Positions 32,865 through 44,440 of a stretch of 58,511 bases of DNA are shown one piece after another. Source of the stretch: an uncultured Verrucomicrobiae bacterium (GTDB lineage: Bacteria > Verrucomicrobiota > Verrucomicrobiia > Limisphaerales > JAFGQR01). The translations under genes and the position numbers were made by a program. The stretch's first letter is position 1; every line of letters begins with the position of its first letter. The notes under the pieces are model-generated. The model was not told where the DNA came from. It saw only the letters and a program-made list of their open reading frames with translations, and searched no databases. The DNA is taken from NCBI GenBank assembly GCA_963788655.1, contig CAWBHS010000070.1, positions 1 to 58,511 on the forward strand, in the 5' to 3' direction.

Positions 32865-33586
32865 CGCCGTCCATCGTACCACAGCGTGCAGCCGTCGCGG
32901 TGTTTGAGCGTTCCGCCCCGGGAGAAGATGGCGCGGCAAATAAACCGGCCATGCTCAAGCGGGGTGTACAGATGCAATTTACGGTTCGAGGTCGTGAGCG
33001 GATGGCGGTGGAGAATTACCAGTTTGCGGCCGCGTTGGCGCGCCAGGGATTTGAGCCGTTGACTGAGATCGATTTCCTCGCCCGCGTATAGGTTCTCGCT
33101 GAAACCGCCAATTTCGCGGAACGCCGCTGCCTCGCAAAAAATGAACGAACCGGCCAGCAATCGACGCAGGCGGCTGATCCAGTTCCAAAGCGCCACCACC
33201 GCGCGGGCTGCGAAATCGTGGGTGCTCATCCGAATGGTGCTCCCGCCCGCCAGGCAGACGCCGCCCTGGATCTGTTCCGCCATCGCGCCAACTAATTCGC
33301 GGCTGGGTTGCGAATCTGCATCCACAAAAACCAGCCAATCCCCCGTGGCGGCTTGGGCGCCGGTGTTGCGGGCCCGGGCGATTTGATTGATCGGTTCAAA
33401 TACGACTTTGGCCCCCTCGGCCTGCGCCACCTCCGCGGTGTGATCCGTGGAATTGTTGTCGCAAACCACCAGCTCAAGCTCCCATCCCCGGAACGCCAAC
33501 ACCTGGGCCGCCGACTTGATCTGACGCAGCGTTCCCGCCAGCAGCTTTTCTTCGTTGAAGGCCGGAACAATGACCGAAATACGCAT
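32861..33586 (-). CDS. Glycosyltransferase family 2
   Basis: SVIVPAFNEE, DNNSTD, ARNTGA, FVDAD. Confidence 0.93.
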   Translation of the reverse strand: MRISVIVPAFNEEKLLAGTLRQIKSAAQVLAFRGWELELVVCDNNSTDHTAEVAQAEGAKVVFEPINQIARARNTGAQAATGDWLVFVDADSQPSRELVGAMAEQIQGGVCLAGGSTIRMSTHDFAARAVVALWNWISRLRRLLAGSFIFCEAAAFREIGGFSENLYAGEEIDLSQRLKSLARQRGRKLVILHRHPLTTSNRKLHLYTPLEHGRFICRAIFSRGGTLKHRDGCTLWYDGRR

Positions 33587-33776
33587 CGCTGCATTGTGCG
33601 GCGCCCGCGATGTCGTTCAATCCAATTCGCCTCCGGACGGTGCTCCATCGGGTGATAAACATTTGACCGGCGTTGCTGGTGGGTTAAGGTCAGCCTTAGC
33701 GTGGTTAAGCGGGTGACGGTTTCCCATGAGGGCGGGTGCGGATTCCGGACCGGCACGAAAAGAGACTGGAGTTTCT

Positions 33777-36700
33777 ATGGCAACAGCAACAAGTAGCGGA
33801 CGGACCCAATGGAGCAAGTGGCTGCGCCGCTTGGGATGGGTGGTCCTGGGCTTGATCGTATTCTTGGTGGTGGCCTATTTCGTCGTCACCAGCAACACGT
33901 TTTTCAAAGGTTTTATTCTGCCCAAAGTCAGCGAGGCCGTGAACGCCAAAGTAACGGTCACCGAGGCCTCGATTAGTCCGTTTTCCCAAGTGGTGCTTTA
34001 TGATCTCAAGGTGGAGCCAGCCGGACAGGAGCCGGTCTTGACCGCCAAGAAAATGCTGGCGCGATATGGATTCCTGGATTTGATCAGCGGCAAAATCAAG
34101 GTCGATGAAGTTGAACTGGACACCCCCACGCTGCGCATCGTTCAGAAAGCGGACGGCACCAGCAATCTGGACCCGATTCTGCAAGCCATGCAGCCAGGTT
34201 CTTCCGGTCAACCACCGGCTTCATCGTCACCGTCTTCCTCGCCGACCGTAGCGGTGCAGAAATTGGCGTTGAACAAAGGAACGATCAGCTTCACCCGCTA
34301 CGAAACCAACGGCAACCGCATGACCGCCGACATTGCGGATCTGAATGTAACGCTGGGAAACCTGGCTAATGGCCAAACCGCCAAACTGACGGTCGGTTCC
34401 AATCTCCGATTCAGCAGCGCGGGAGGCACCAACGCCTCCCGCGTGGCGGCCACGTTGAACGCCGATTTCAATCTTGGACTGACCGCCGCGCTCGCCCCGG
34501 AGATGGTGAAAGGCACGGCCGATCTCAACATCGCCAAGGCCACGGGCGCCTTCGCGGATGCCGACCAGATGGAGGCAAAATTGTCGGTGGACCTGAGCCC
34601 GACCAACGTCAAACAAATGATGCTCCGCTTCAGCCGGACCAACTCCTCGTTGGGACTAATTTCGGTCAGTGGACCGTTTGACCTGGCCAAGCAGGAAGGC
34701 CATTTCAAAGTGGAGGTGACCGGCATTGGCCACGAGGTTCTCAGTCTGGTGGGGGGGCCTTATGGCATTTACTTCGGGAACACGGAATTGGCCGCCACTT
34801 ACGACATTGAGCTGAAGAACCAGGCGAAGCTGATCAACACCTCCGGCTTGTTGACCGCGAACCAATTCAGCCTCACCCAGACCAATCTCAATGCTGCCGA
34901 GGTCAAGACGCCGGTGATCGATCTCAAGCTGACCTACAACGCCACCGTGGATCGGCCCAAGACGAATATTCTCATGCGGGAATTTTCCCTCAACGCCACC
35001 CAAAACGGCCAACCGCTGCTGCAGGCCGGCCTCACCAAACCCCTGACGCTGGATTGGGGCAAAGGTTCCGCTGCCGTGGAGGATTCCACGTTCGAACTCA
35101 TTCTGACGAATTTGAATCTGGAAAATTGGCAGCCGTTAATCGGCACCAACATCAGCCAGGGAACCGCCGGGGCCAAGCTCACCGTGAACGTGCAGCACGG
35201 CGGCGGCTTGATCACCTTCAACCTGAATTCCGAACTGAATGATCTGGCGGCCCAATACGAAAGCAACCGGCTGAAGTCAGCGAGTATGACCCTCGTCGGC
35301 AATGGACAGATCAAAAATTTTGCCGAGGCCGATTTGAACGAGTTTAAGCTCAATGTGACCCACTCCGGACAGCCGATGGCCTCGTTCGCGACTTCTGGCC
35401 AATACAATCTCCAAACGCAAAACGCCACGATCCAGATGGCGTTCAACACCGTCCTGCCTCAGTTGACGGCTTGGCTCAACCTGCCGGACGTGCAGTTCTC
35501 GTCCGGGTCGGTCAAGTTCAACGGGAGTTTGACCCAGACCAATCTGACGCCCAAGCAGCCCGGCCAACCGGTGCTCGATCGTGCCATTCTGGGAACGCTG
35601 CAATTGGGCGATGTGACCGGACAGTTTGCCTCGAATCGTCTCGATCGATTCGTCGCCGACGCCAATCTCGACCTGGCAGTCAAAGGCCAGCAAGCGGCCA
35701 TACGCAAGTTCAACGGCTCGATTCAAAAAGGTGGCCAGCCGGCTGGCCATTTCGAGGTCACCGGACAGTACGATCTCGCACAGCAAACCGGCGACCTCAC
35801 CTTCAAGTTGCAGGACTTAAACCAGCATCTGCTGAACAGCTTCGTCGCCACGGCCTTGGGCGACCGCAAGCTTGCCTCGATTTCCATCAGTGCCAATGCC
35901 AACGCCAAATATGCCGCGCGCGGCGACTCCAGTATCCAAGGCGACCTGCAAGTCGCGAATTTCCAGATCGCCGGGCCGGGCAATGCAGCGCCGCCGGCCC
36001 CCATGACCCTGGCGGCCACGCTTGGGGCCGGCCTCAGCGCCCAAGGGATTGCGGACATCCGTCAGTGCGACGGCACCATTCGCCAAGGCGACAAATCCGG
36101 CGGCAGTTTCAGTCTCACGGGACAGTGCAATCTCACCAACCTAACCGGCCAAGCGATGCTCAAATTGACCGACTTGAACCAGCACGCGTTGCGCCCTTTT
36201 CTCGCCCCGGCGTTGGGAGACAAAACGCTCGATTCCATTTCGATCAACGCGAATGCCTCCGCCCGCTACGAGGCCAGCGGCGAAGCCAGCGTGAAAAGCG
36301 ATTTGCAGGTCACCAACCTTGTCGTTACCGATCCGACCGGCGGCCTGCCCAAGACGCCGCTGGCGGCAGGCGTTCAATTGGACGCGTCGCTGGCCAAACA
36401 AATTCTCGATCTCCGCCAGGCCCAGTTGACGCTGACACCGACCGCGCGCGCCAAGAACCAGTTGCAACTCGCCGGCAAGGTCGATATGACCCAAACTAAC
36501 GCGATTACCGGCGATCTTCAACTGACCGCCGAAGCCCTCGACTTGACGCCGGTACTACAACTTGTTCACGAACCCATCGGCTTCAGCATCCACCACCAGC
36601 CCGGGCGCGGTAAATCCGTCAACCAAACCACCCCAGCCTTCTCCATCCGAAACCGAAGCGCCCCCGATCCACTGGCCCATCCGGCAGTTGACGGCGGGAG

Positions 36701-37803
36701 TAAACATTGGCCGACTTTACCTGGGAGAAATTGTCATTACCAATCTGACTGAAAAGACGGTGGTGACCGGCGGGAAGATCAACATCGATCCCTGGCAACT
36801 TAGTCTCAATGGCGCCCCGATTCAGGCCAAAGCGGATGTGAACCTCGAAGTGCCGGGCTACCAATACAACGTCAACTTCGAGGCCCACCAAGTGCCGGTG
36901 GCGCCCCTGGTCAATACGTTTCAACCGGATCGCAAAGGCAAGCTGGGTGGCACCCTCTTTGCCACGGCCCAGTTCAAGGGGGCCGGGACAAAGATGCCCA
37001 AACTTGAACAGAATCTGGACGGCCACTTTGACGTGGGGACCACCAATCTAGCGTTGAAGCTCATCGACGTGCGGAGTTCGCTGTTGAAAGGCGTGATCAA
37101 CGTGGTGATTGGGCTGCCCGGCATTATTCGCAATCCAAAAGCCGCCCTCAGCGGCATTGTGGCCCGGGTCACCGGCGAGAAATCGCTCGACGTGCCCGGT
37201 TGGATCGATGAGGTGGCGCAATCGCCCATTAATGTCATCGAGTGTCGCGGGCAGATGAGCGCGGGCCGAGTGGACGTGCAGCGGGCGTTCGTCCAAAGCC
37301 CCGCCTTCCAAATCGAAACGCAAGGCACCGTCGATCTGGCGCCAGAGGTGACCAATTCCACCATCCATTTCCCGGTGTCCTTGTCGCTACGCCGTTCACT
37401 GGCGGCAAAGATTGGACAAGCTTCAGGCAGCACCCCCACAAACGTGACCTATGTGAAGCTACCGGAGTTCGTGACAATGGTTGACACTTTAGGCAAACCG
37501 AGGCCGGACTACAACTATGTGGCCCTCGGCCAAATGGCGCTGAAACTCACCTCGGGCGTGGTTGGCGGCACCGGCAAAGCCGTGCTCGAACAAGTCACGC
37601 ACGGTGTTGGCAGTTTGGAAAAGCTGCTGGGCGGCAAGAGTTCGACCAACAATGCATCAACCAATGCGCCGTCCGAAAACAAAGGGCCTTTGCCCGGATT
37701 TCTGGAAAAGCTGATTCCGCCCAGGCAGACGCCCGCCACCAATCAACCGCCCACCACCAACCAGCCTCCGCAGAAAAGAGGCATCTTTGATCTGTTCAAG
37801 TAG
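33777..37803 (+). CDS. Large AsmA-like (repeating beta-groove) protein, frameshift near 36553
   Basis: N-terminal TM anchor, DGTSNLDP AsmA-type motif, beta-strand-rich; ORFs 33726..36752 and 36562..37803 join (DLTP|YYNLF). Confidence 0.82.
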
Positions 37804-37843
37804 AAGTCGTGGCCGCTAATGGACGTAGCGCCACCAACCGTCA

Positions 37844-39433
37844 TCACCTGCCGGCACTGCTCGCGCCAGCGGATTGGTGAACGTATTTCTCGAACAAGTC
37901 CGCCTGCACATAGAGCACAAAATACGCGCGCTCACGCATACTGAACATGCCGGCGATCCGATACTGGTTGTTGGACTTCGCCGCCAGGTCGGTGTCGAAA
38001 TTGGCGCTAACGATCATCACCGGTGCATACGGGTCCGCTGGCATTTCGTTCCACCAGCCCACGCGCTTGAATTGGCGGAGATACCACGGCAAGGGCAAGT
38101 AATCGCCGCCGGGCGCCATGACTTTGATCAGCATGCTGTCGCCGTCGGGGGAGATGCGAGCAATACCTTTGACCTTGGCGACCAGTTCTAAAATGTCCGG
38201 CACCGTTTGCGCATACACGTAAGGATTTTGCGTGTCCGCGGCATAGAGACGCTCCAACCGGTCGTGGCCGAAGTTGGCCCGCAAGGCTTCCCATCCCAGA
38301 TGCCCTGCCCCGGCGACCAGCAACCCGCCCACCACCACGCGCGCCCATGAACGCTGCACGATTTGAAACAAAACCGCGGCCCCCACTCCCGCCAGCAGGA
38401 TCATGGCGTGATAGAAACCCAGGAAGCACCACGGTGTCTTGTAGGAAATGACACTGTAAATGGCGGCCAGGAAAATCATGTAAAAACCGAGGAAGCGAAT
38501 CAAGGCCACCGAGCCGTCACGGAGCTTCTTACCGGTCGCGGCGGCAAGCCATCCCACGATTGCCAGCACCAACACGAAACCTTCACTCCAGTAGGCGCCG
38601 CGCTGCTGGTGGTAAAAGAACAAATGCTGGAAATAATAGTACCACGGGTGCAAATGCGAGGTATGTCCCCCGGCGCGTTTGGTCCACGGAAAATAAGTCA
38701 GGATCGAATCCAGCGGTCCGCGCAGATGGGTGAAAAAGGAGGTGAACAACAACAACCCAACCACCACTACCACGCCGGCGGCCAGCCAGAAATGCCGCGG
38801 ATTCCACCACGCTTTCAACCGGAGCGTTGGTTCTCCTCGCCATCGGTTCCATCCCCACGTAGCGGCCAGGGCCAAGCTCATGGCCACCAATTCGAGCACA
38901 AACGTTTCCTTGGTGGCGTACATCAATCCGAGCCCCGCGCCCGCCACCGCCGCCCACCCGGCCCGGCGGGTTTGTAAGTAACGCCATACTCCCACCAACG
39001 CCAGCATGGTGAAACAGACCAGCAGCATTTCGTGGATGTAATACCGGCTGTAAAACACCATGGCCGGCGAAATGGCCGTCAGCCCTGCGGCCCCCAACGT
39101 CGCGGCCCGGCCCAAGGCATCGCGCAGGAACCACAGCAGCAACACCAGCAAGACCCCAAAAAAGACCGGCACCAAGCGCAGCGTAGCCTCGCTGAGTTGG
39201 GCGTAATTCTTCGCCGGACTTAACCAAATGAACGGCAGCGTGGCGTAATAAAGCGATGGCCCGTGAAATTCGTTTGGATCGTATTGGTAATGCCCCCGTT
39301 CCCACAAATCATCGATCTTAATCGCATTGACGTTCTCGTCATTGTGCATGGGCCGGAGTCCCAATTGCGGCAGACGGAGGGCCAGCGCACCGAGCGCGAT
39401 CAGCAGCAGGACCGGAAGGAACCAGCGCTTCAT
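37844..39433 (-). CDS. GT-C fold membrane glycosyltransferase (TIGR03663/Agl23-like, PMT-related)
   Basis: RPMHNDE, YDPNEFHGP, YSRYYIHE, ATKE, YKTPW, LPWYLR; multiple TM helices. Confidence 0.85.
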   Translation of the reverse strand: MKRWFLPVLLLIALGALALRLPQLGLRPMHNDENVNAIKIDDLWERGHYQYDPNEFHGPSLYYATLPFIWLSPAKNYAQLSEATLRLVPVFFGVLLVLLLWFLRDALGRAATLGAAGLTAISPAMVFYSRYYIHEMLLVCFTMLALVGVWRYLQTRRAGWAAVAGAGLGLMYATKETFVLELVAMSLALAATWGWNRWRGEPTLRLKAWWNPRHFWLAAGVVVVVGLLLFTSFFTHLRGPLDSILTYFPWTKRAGGHTSHLHPWYYYFQHLFFYHQQRGAYWSEGFVLVLAIVGWLAAATGKKLRDGSVALIRFLGFYMIFLAAIYSVISYKTPWCFLGFYHAMILLAGVGAAVLFQIVQRSWARVVVGGLLVAGAGHLGWEALRANFGHDRLERLYAADTQNPYVYAQTVPDILELVAKVKGIARISPDGDSMLIKVMAPGGDYLPLPWYLRQFKRVGWWNEMPADPYAPVMIVSANFDTDLAAKSNNQYRIAGMFSMRERAYFVLYVQADLFEKYVHQSAGASSAGR

Positions 39434-39629
39434 GGGCAGGGAGGGAAAACCGGGGCGCTGTTAAAACAACCCCATTCCACCGCAGACTTCGGTCGGTTTT
39501 CGTTCCCCGTTGACGATGACCTTGTATTCATGCGGTTGGCCGAATAAGAAGCCGCCGGTCGCGAGGCCTCGAGCCTTCCACGAACCGGCGGCAGTCAATT
39601 AGAGAATGGTTTCCGCGCGGATCACCCGT

Positions 39630-40328
39630 TTATTTGGCGGGCAAACCGTACACTTCAATTTCTTGCAAGCAATTCAAGGCGCTCAGGTTGCTGCCCTTGG
39701 TGTAGCTACGAACGTAGCGGGCTTTCTCGCCCTTTACGGGAATCACCCGGCCCCACTGCGTCTCGAAGTATTCCTTGTCCTTGCCAATCCCCTGGCCGGA
39801 ACTGTTGTCCATGTCGTTGTTATAGACGGTCCGCACGTTTTGCGTGAAATCCGGGTCATCGGCCAACTGCAGGATCACATCGCGATAAAGCTGCACCCAA
39901 CGATGGTCATGCCAAAGGGCAATGGCGTAGATCTTGTATTCCGCGCCCAAATCCACCTGGACCCATTGCGTGTTCTTGCGCATCTCGATGACCTGATCAT
40001 CGAAGGCTTCCTTGTCGCCGTCCGTGGCTTGGGACAATTCGCCAGTAATGGGATTTTTGTCACTGCCGGTGACCTTTTTGTGCAGGGCCACATTTTCCAC
40101 ATTCGCGGGGACGGACGGAAGCTGGGGCGGTTTCTCAGGCAATTTTTCGATGTTGGGGCCCTTGGGCAATTCATCCGGGGTGCCCTTGAGGGTGGGCATG
40201 GGCATTTTGAGTTTCAAGGGCGCCTCATCCGCCGCCCGTGCGCACCAAAGGCCCACATTCGGCACCACCATGGCGGCGCCCAAAACCATCGCTAACCAAG
40301 TTCGTTTTGTCTGTGTCAATTTCATCAT
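39630..40328 (-). CDS. Exported protein with discoidin/F5-8C-like carbohydrate-binding domain
   Basis: Signal peptide, NVALHKKVT, TDGDKE, QWVQVDLG, ARYVR, EIEVYG. Confidence 0.8.
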   Translation of the reverse strand: MMKLTQTKRTWLAMVLGAAMVVPNVGLWCARAADEAPLKLKMPMPTLKGTPDELPKGPNIEKLPEKPPQLPSVPANVENVALHKKVTGSDKNPITGELSQATDGDKEAFDDQVIEMRKNTQWVQVDLGAEYKIYAIALWHDHRWVQLYRDVILQLADDPDFTQNVRTVYNNDMDNSSGQGIGKDKEYFETQWGRVIPVKGEKARYVRSYTKGSNLSALNCLQEIEVYGLPAK

Positions 40329-40425
40329 AATTGTTCAGCTTGTAATTGATTTAAAGACTGATTTCAAAGGAAAACTATTCACCGATTAATTGGTAAAACG
40401 TGGCGAGAAGCTCAAACACCATTCA

Positions 40426-40444
40426 GGATTGACCAGGTCAATCC
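40426..40444. promoter_or_regulatory. Perfect 19-bp palindrome, candidate operator
   Basis: GGATTGACC-A-GGTCAATCC about 100 bp upstream of the discoidin gene. Confidence 0.4.
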
Positions 40445-40661
40445 GCCGGGCAATGGCCCGCCAAGTTCCGTTGCCCTGCGGGTTGTGGCCGAAAGCCGGG
40501 GTGCGCTATCGCGCATGGTCGCGATAAAAACACGGTTGAGCGCGTCATCTCGCTGGCTACAAAAAACGACTTCGGCCTGCGGCAATGCCCCCGAGGCCGT
40601 TACCGCGCCGCAAACCAATGAAATGCAGATGAACGCAAAGCGGCACGCAAGGAATCTCAAA

Positions 40662-41090
40662 CTAATGCGGCTGCCTCGGCCTGACCATTAAAATGTCTTT
40701 GTGTGGATCGGCCAACTTGCCGTCCTCCAGCACGACGCGCGTGAAGGTAACTTTGGCGGTCAGGTTGGTGGTGGCAATGGGCCGGGCACTCGTGACGACG
40801 AAGAAGAAGGCGTTCGTGCCGCCCGCCGGCAGCCCTTTGGACTTCCCGTTCCCGATAACCCAGCGCGTTGATTGGCCGACCATCTTGCCGTGCTCATCCA
40901 ATAGGAACAGCGCGGCGCGGGCGGATGTTACGCTTTCCGCAAAGTTGTTCTTCAGCGCCAGCGGTACCACCGCTTTGCTGCCAGTGATTTTGGGTGGTAA
41001 CACCGTGACGACCAGTTGTGCTGGAAGCGTCAACAGCCCGGCCCACAGCGCCAGAAGGAATCCGGTTAGCTTCATCGCTTTAATTTTCAT
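40662..41090 (-). CDS. Small secreted hypothetical protein
   Basis: Signal peptide (MKLTGFLLALWAGLLTLPA-Q), beta-rich 120 aa domain. Confidence 0.75.
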   Translation of the reverse strand: MKIKAMKLTGFLLALWAGLLTLPAQLVVTVLPPKITGSKAVVPLALKNNFAESVTSARAALFLLDEHGKMVGQSTRWVIGNGKSKGLPAGGTNAFFFVVTSARPIATTNLTAKVTFTRVVLEDGKLADPHKDILMVRPRQPH

Positions 41091-41110
41091 TTAGGTTAGA
41101 TTGATTATGG

Positions 41111-43128
41111 CTATCGGAGCATCAAAAAATGGTTCCACAGAGCCGGCAGCAGTCGCGTTTCTAACTCGGTTGGCAGGAAACCTTCGGTGATCAGCGAAGC
41201 GTTCCCGAGGTTGACGAGGACCAGCACTGGATGTGGGTGGCCCGTGTGTTGAAACGTTCGGACGAATACAAGAGATGGCGCACCTGCCGCGTTGCAAGGC
41301 CGCGAACTCCAAGAAGCTGCTGCCGGTGCCACCAGGCGAAAAGTTGGCCAAAAGCCTGCTATTGGTTGCCTATTCACTAAGTAGTTGGTCGGCGTGGCAC
41401 TGTGCGTGAGGCGAAAACAGCCCGCATTGGTCGGTCCCCAAAGCGCCTCGGGGAAGCTGAACGATAAGGTGGTGGTCAACCCGTAGGCATTCGTGCTCGT
41501 GGTGTAACCGTTCAACAAAAAAGTCGCCCATTCATTGCTTTGGTTGGGCCGGGGAATCGGCAGATAGATGGTATTCGTTAATCCCCAGGTATTCTTGTCG
41601 TAAACCGCAATGGCAATGGCGTTGGTCGTGTGCGGTTCGGGATCACCGGCATAGACCCCGAAGTTGTATTGCTGCCCGCAATAAAGCGCCGTTCCCCCCA
41701 CCCGGCTGCCGAACCCAGCAATGGGGCTCGTGAACGCGATAGGTTCATCGTGATAATGGTTGTTGTAGTGTTCCAGAACGTCGGTCCAAAGGTTGGTCTG
41801 AAAGAGCACGTCGGTATTGCCGCCTTGCGGATATAGCTTAACGCCCTTCTGGCCATCGAGGGGGATGACGAAAGAAAGATATGTTTCGTCATAGCCATAG
41901 CCCCGGATAAAACGAGTGTGACGGGCCAAAGGATTCGGCACCCCCGGCGGCAGAATCGTCAGTCCCTCGACGGCAACGGGAACGAATCGATTTTGCGTCG
42001 TGTCGTCCCCCACCTCGCCATAATAATTGTTCCCACACCCCCAAACGGTCCCGTCGTTTTTCAGGATTAGGGAATGAGCGCCGTCGTCGGAATAGTCAAA
42101 GTAGCCCCCACCGGATGCGATCGCCAAGCCGTCGCTAAAACGGTCTAATCGTACGGGAACTGTGTTGCTGAAGGTTGCAACACTCCCATTCTCTCCGGTA
42201 GTGTTCCACCCCCAGGCCCATACGGCTCCGTTGGACTGGAGGGCGAGGGAGTGGTACGCCGCTGCGGCGATGGCCGCCACGTTTGAGAGCCCGACGACCG
42301 GCACCGGCGTCAGGCGGTCAATCGTACTACCGTCGCCAAGTTGGCCGGTTCCGTTCCACCCCCACGCCCAAACCGTCCCGTCGGACTTGAGGGCTAACGA
42401 TGAAACTCTCCGCCCGAAACGGCGACGACATTTGATATGATGCTCGCGAGCACCGGAACGGAGCTGTTGTTGGTCGAGCCGTTACCCAGCAGTCCGTAGC
42501 CGTTCCACCCCCAAGCCCACACAAACCCATTGGACACCGCCAGCGAATGATACCACCCCGCTGCAATGGCGGTCACGTTGGCCAGGTTAACCACCGGCAC
42601 CGCGTTGGAACGGTCAGCAGTGCTATTGTCTCCCAACTCGCCATCTTCGTTATATCCCCAGGCCCACACAAACCCATTGGACAGAGCCAACGAATGGTAT
42701 CCGCCGGCACTGATTTGACTCATGTTTGTCAAGCCGCTGGTCTGCACCGGCTCAACAGCTTCGTTGAGAGATCCATCGCCAAGTTGCCCTTGATGGTTAT
42801 GCCCCCAGGCCCACACCGTCCCGTCCGACTTAAGCGCCAGACTGTGCTGCCCCCCCGCAGCGATGCGGGTCATGTTCGTTAATCCGTGGACCAGCACCGG
42901 CACGGCCCGGTCCTCATAATTGCCGATGCCCAATGATCCATCATAGCCGTAACCCCATGCCCAAACCGTGCCATCGGATTTGAGCGCCAAGCTATGCCAC
43001 CCACCCGCGCTCACCGCGGTGGGTTGCGGATAATCGCTGGCATCACTAGCCAAACACGAGAACACCAAACAAAAAACCGCAAGCGCCATGCATACGCCAC
43101 GCCATTGAAAGATTTTCAGAGTCTTCAT
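41111..43128 (-). pseudogene. Secreted RCC1/BLIP-II repeat protein, frameshift near 42400, apparently 3'-truncated near 41380
   Basis: Signal peptide, about 7 repeats of HSLAL..DGTVWAWG.N..GQLGDG, then a non-repeat domain (ARHTRFIRG...SFVIPLDGQKG) that switches abruptly to atypical sequence after TPTNY. Confidence 0.75.
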
Positions 43129-43132
43129 ACGC

Positions 43133-44375
43133 TCACTCAATGGTTGTGCCGTTGGCCGGCGCCTCGATGGTAACGACCAGATTTGAAACAGCCGGATTGG
43201 ACGGATCGGCATCCTCCCAGTTCTTCACCCCATCCCCGTCCCAATCATCCCCTTCTTCGGCGCGGAAAAAGCCGGTGTAGTTGGTCAGCGGCATTGTGAA
43301 ATTGGTCTGCCCCATGGTGCCGATGATCGCCGTGCTCCAGTACGAGGCGGGCAGGACCGGGCTGAACAACAGATTGTAGGCTTTGTTGGTCTCGCCATTC
43401 TCCAGCGTCAGATTCACATTGGTGCCCGAAAGCTCCGGCGTCAGAAAATAAAAGCCGGTTTCCAGCTCCAGCAGCATGGGAATCATGATTGGCTTTTGCG
43501 CCAGCAATCCCGCGTCGCGCAGGGCTTGCAACTGTGCAGCTTGTTGCGCCCAGGCCGCATCTTCCACCGGCGAGATGGGGCCTTTGGCGGCCGTATCTCG
43601 GGTGGCCTGGTAATACCAGGCGAATCCTGTTTCCCACGCCGGTAGTTCGCCGGCAAACGTGGTGAATTCCTCGATCTGCCCGGCGGCAGCACTGCGACCG
43701 GAAGCGTCCGAGCCGATGACCAAGCTGGTCAGACCCGCCGTCGCCATCGGCACACTAGGAACTCCCTCGCCCAGCGCAGCCAACTCGCCGTCGATCCACA
43801 GCGAGGTTTCCTCGGAGACCATACGACAAGGCCACCAGATGCCAACTATTGTCCCAGGAAATGGATGCCTTCAAGTAGTCCACCGGTCCCGATGCCCCGT
43901 CGCCACTGAGGTAAATTTGGGTGCCATCCGGCGAGAAATACAACGACCAGAAAACAACGGGATGCTTTTTGTCCGTGGCGGTGATTAACTCCGCCAGCCG
44001 GGCGTAGTGTCCCGGCCCGCCGTTGGCCATCACTCCCGGCGCGGTCCATTCGCTTTTGTACCAGAATCTAATGATGCCGGCGTCCGGGGCCACGTTCCAT
44101 TGCTCGGCCGTGGCCATGGGCATAATACGGGTTGCAAATGATCATCCTGCCGGTTCAGGGGCATAACCGCTCCAGCTCTCCACCCACGTTGAAGCGTCAA
44201 TGCTGGGGCTGGGTTCAGTTCCTGGGGGTAACGTATATGGTTCATCGAACGTCAAGCGTTGCAGAAAAACTTCCGGCCAGGGCGGCAGCGGGGGACGGGG
44301 CCGCGCTGAAGATAGCAGCGGCCAGCCGGCCAGTGCCGCCATCAGCATTGGGGGGAACAACCGTTTGGGATTCAT
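43133..44375 (-). CDS. Secreted LamG-like jelly-roll protein (several frameshifts)
   Basis: RBS AGAAAGGA, signal peptide, IRFWYK, WHLVALSY, SLWIDG, LVIGSD, GQIEE, and a Ca-binding-like DWDGDGVKNWED; assembled from ORFs 44142-44378, 43755-44123 and 43133-43822. Confidence 0.75.
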
Positions 44376-44440
44376 CAACTGATCCTTTCTCCATTGACTG
44401 CATGTTAACCTCAGTGGCGTTCAAGCGGGCGATCCTCATC

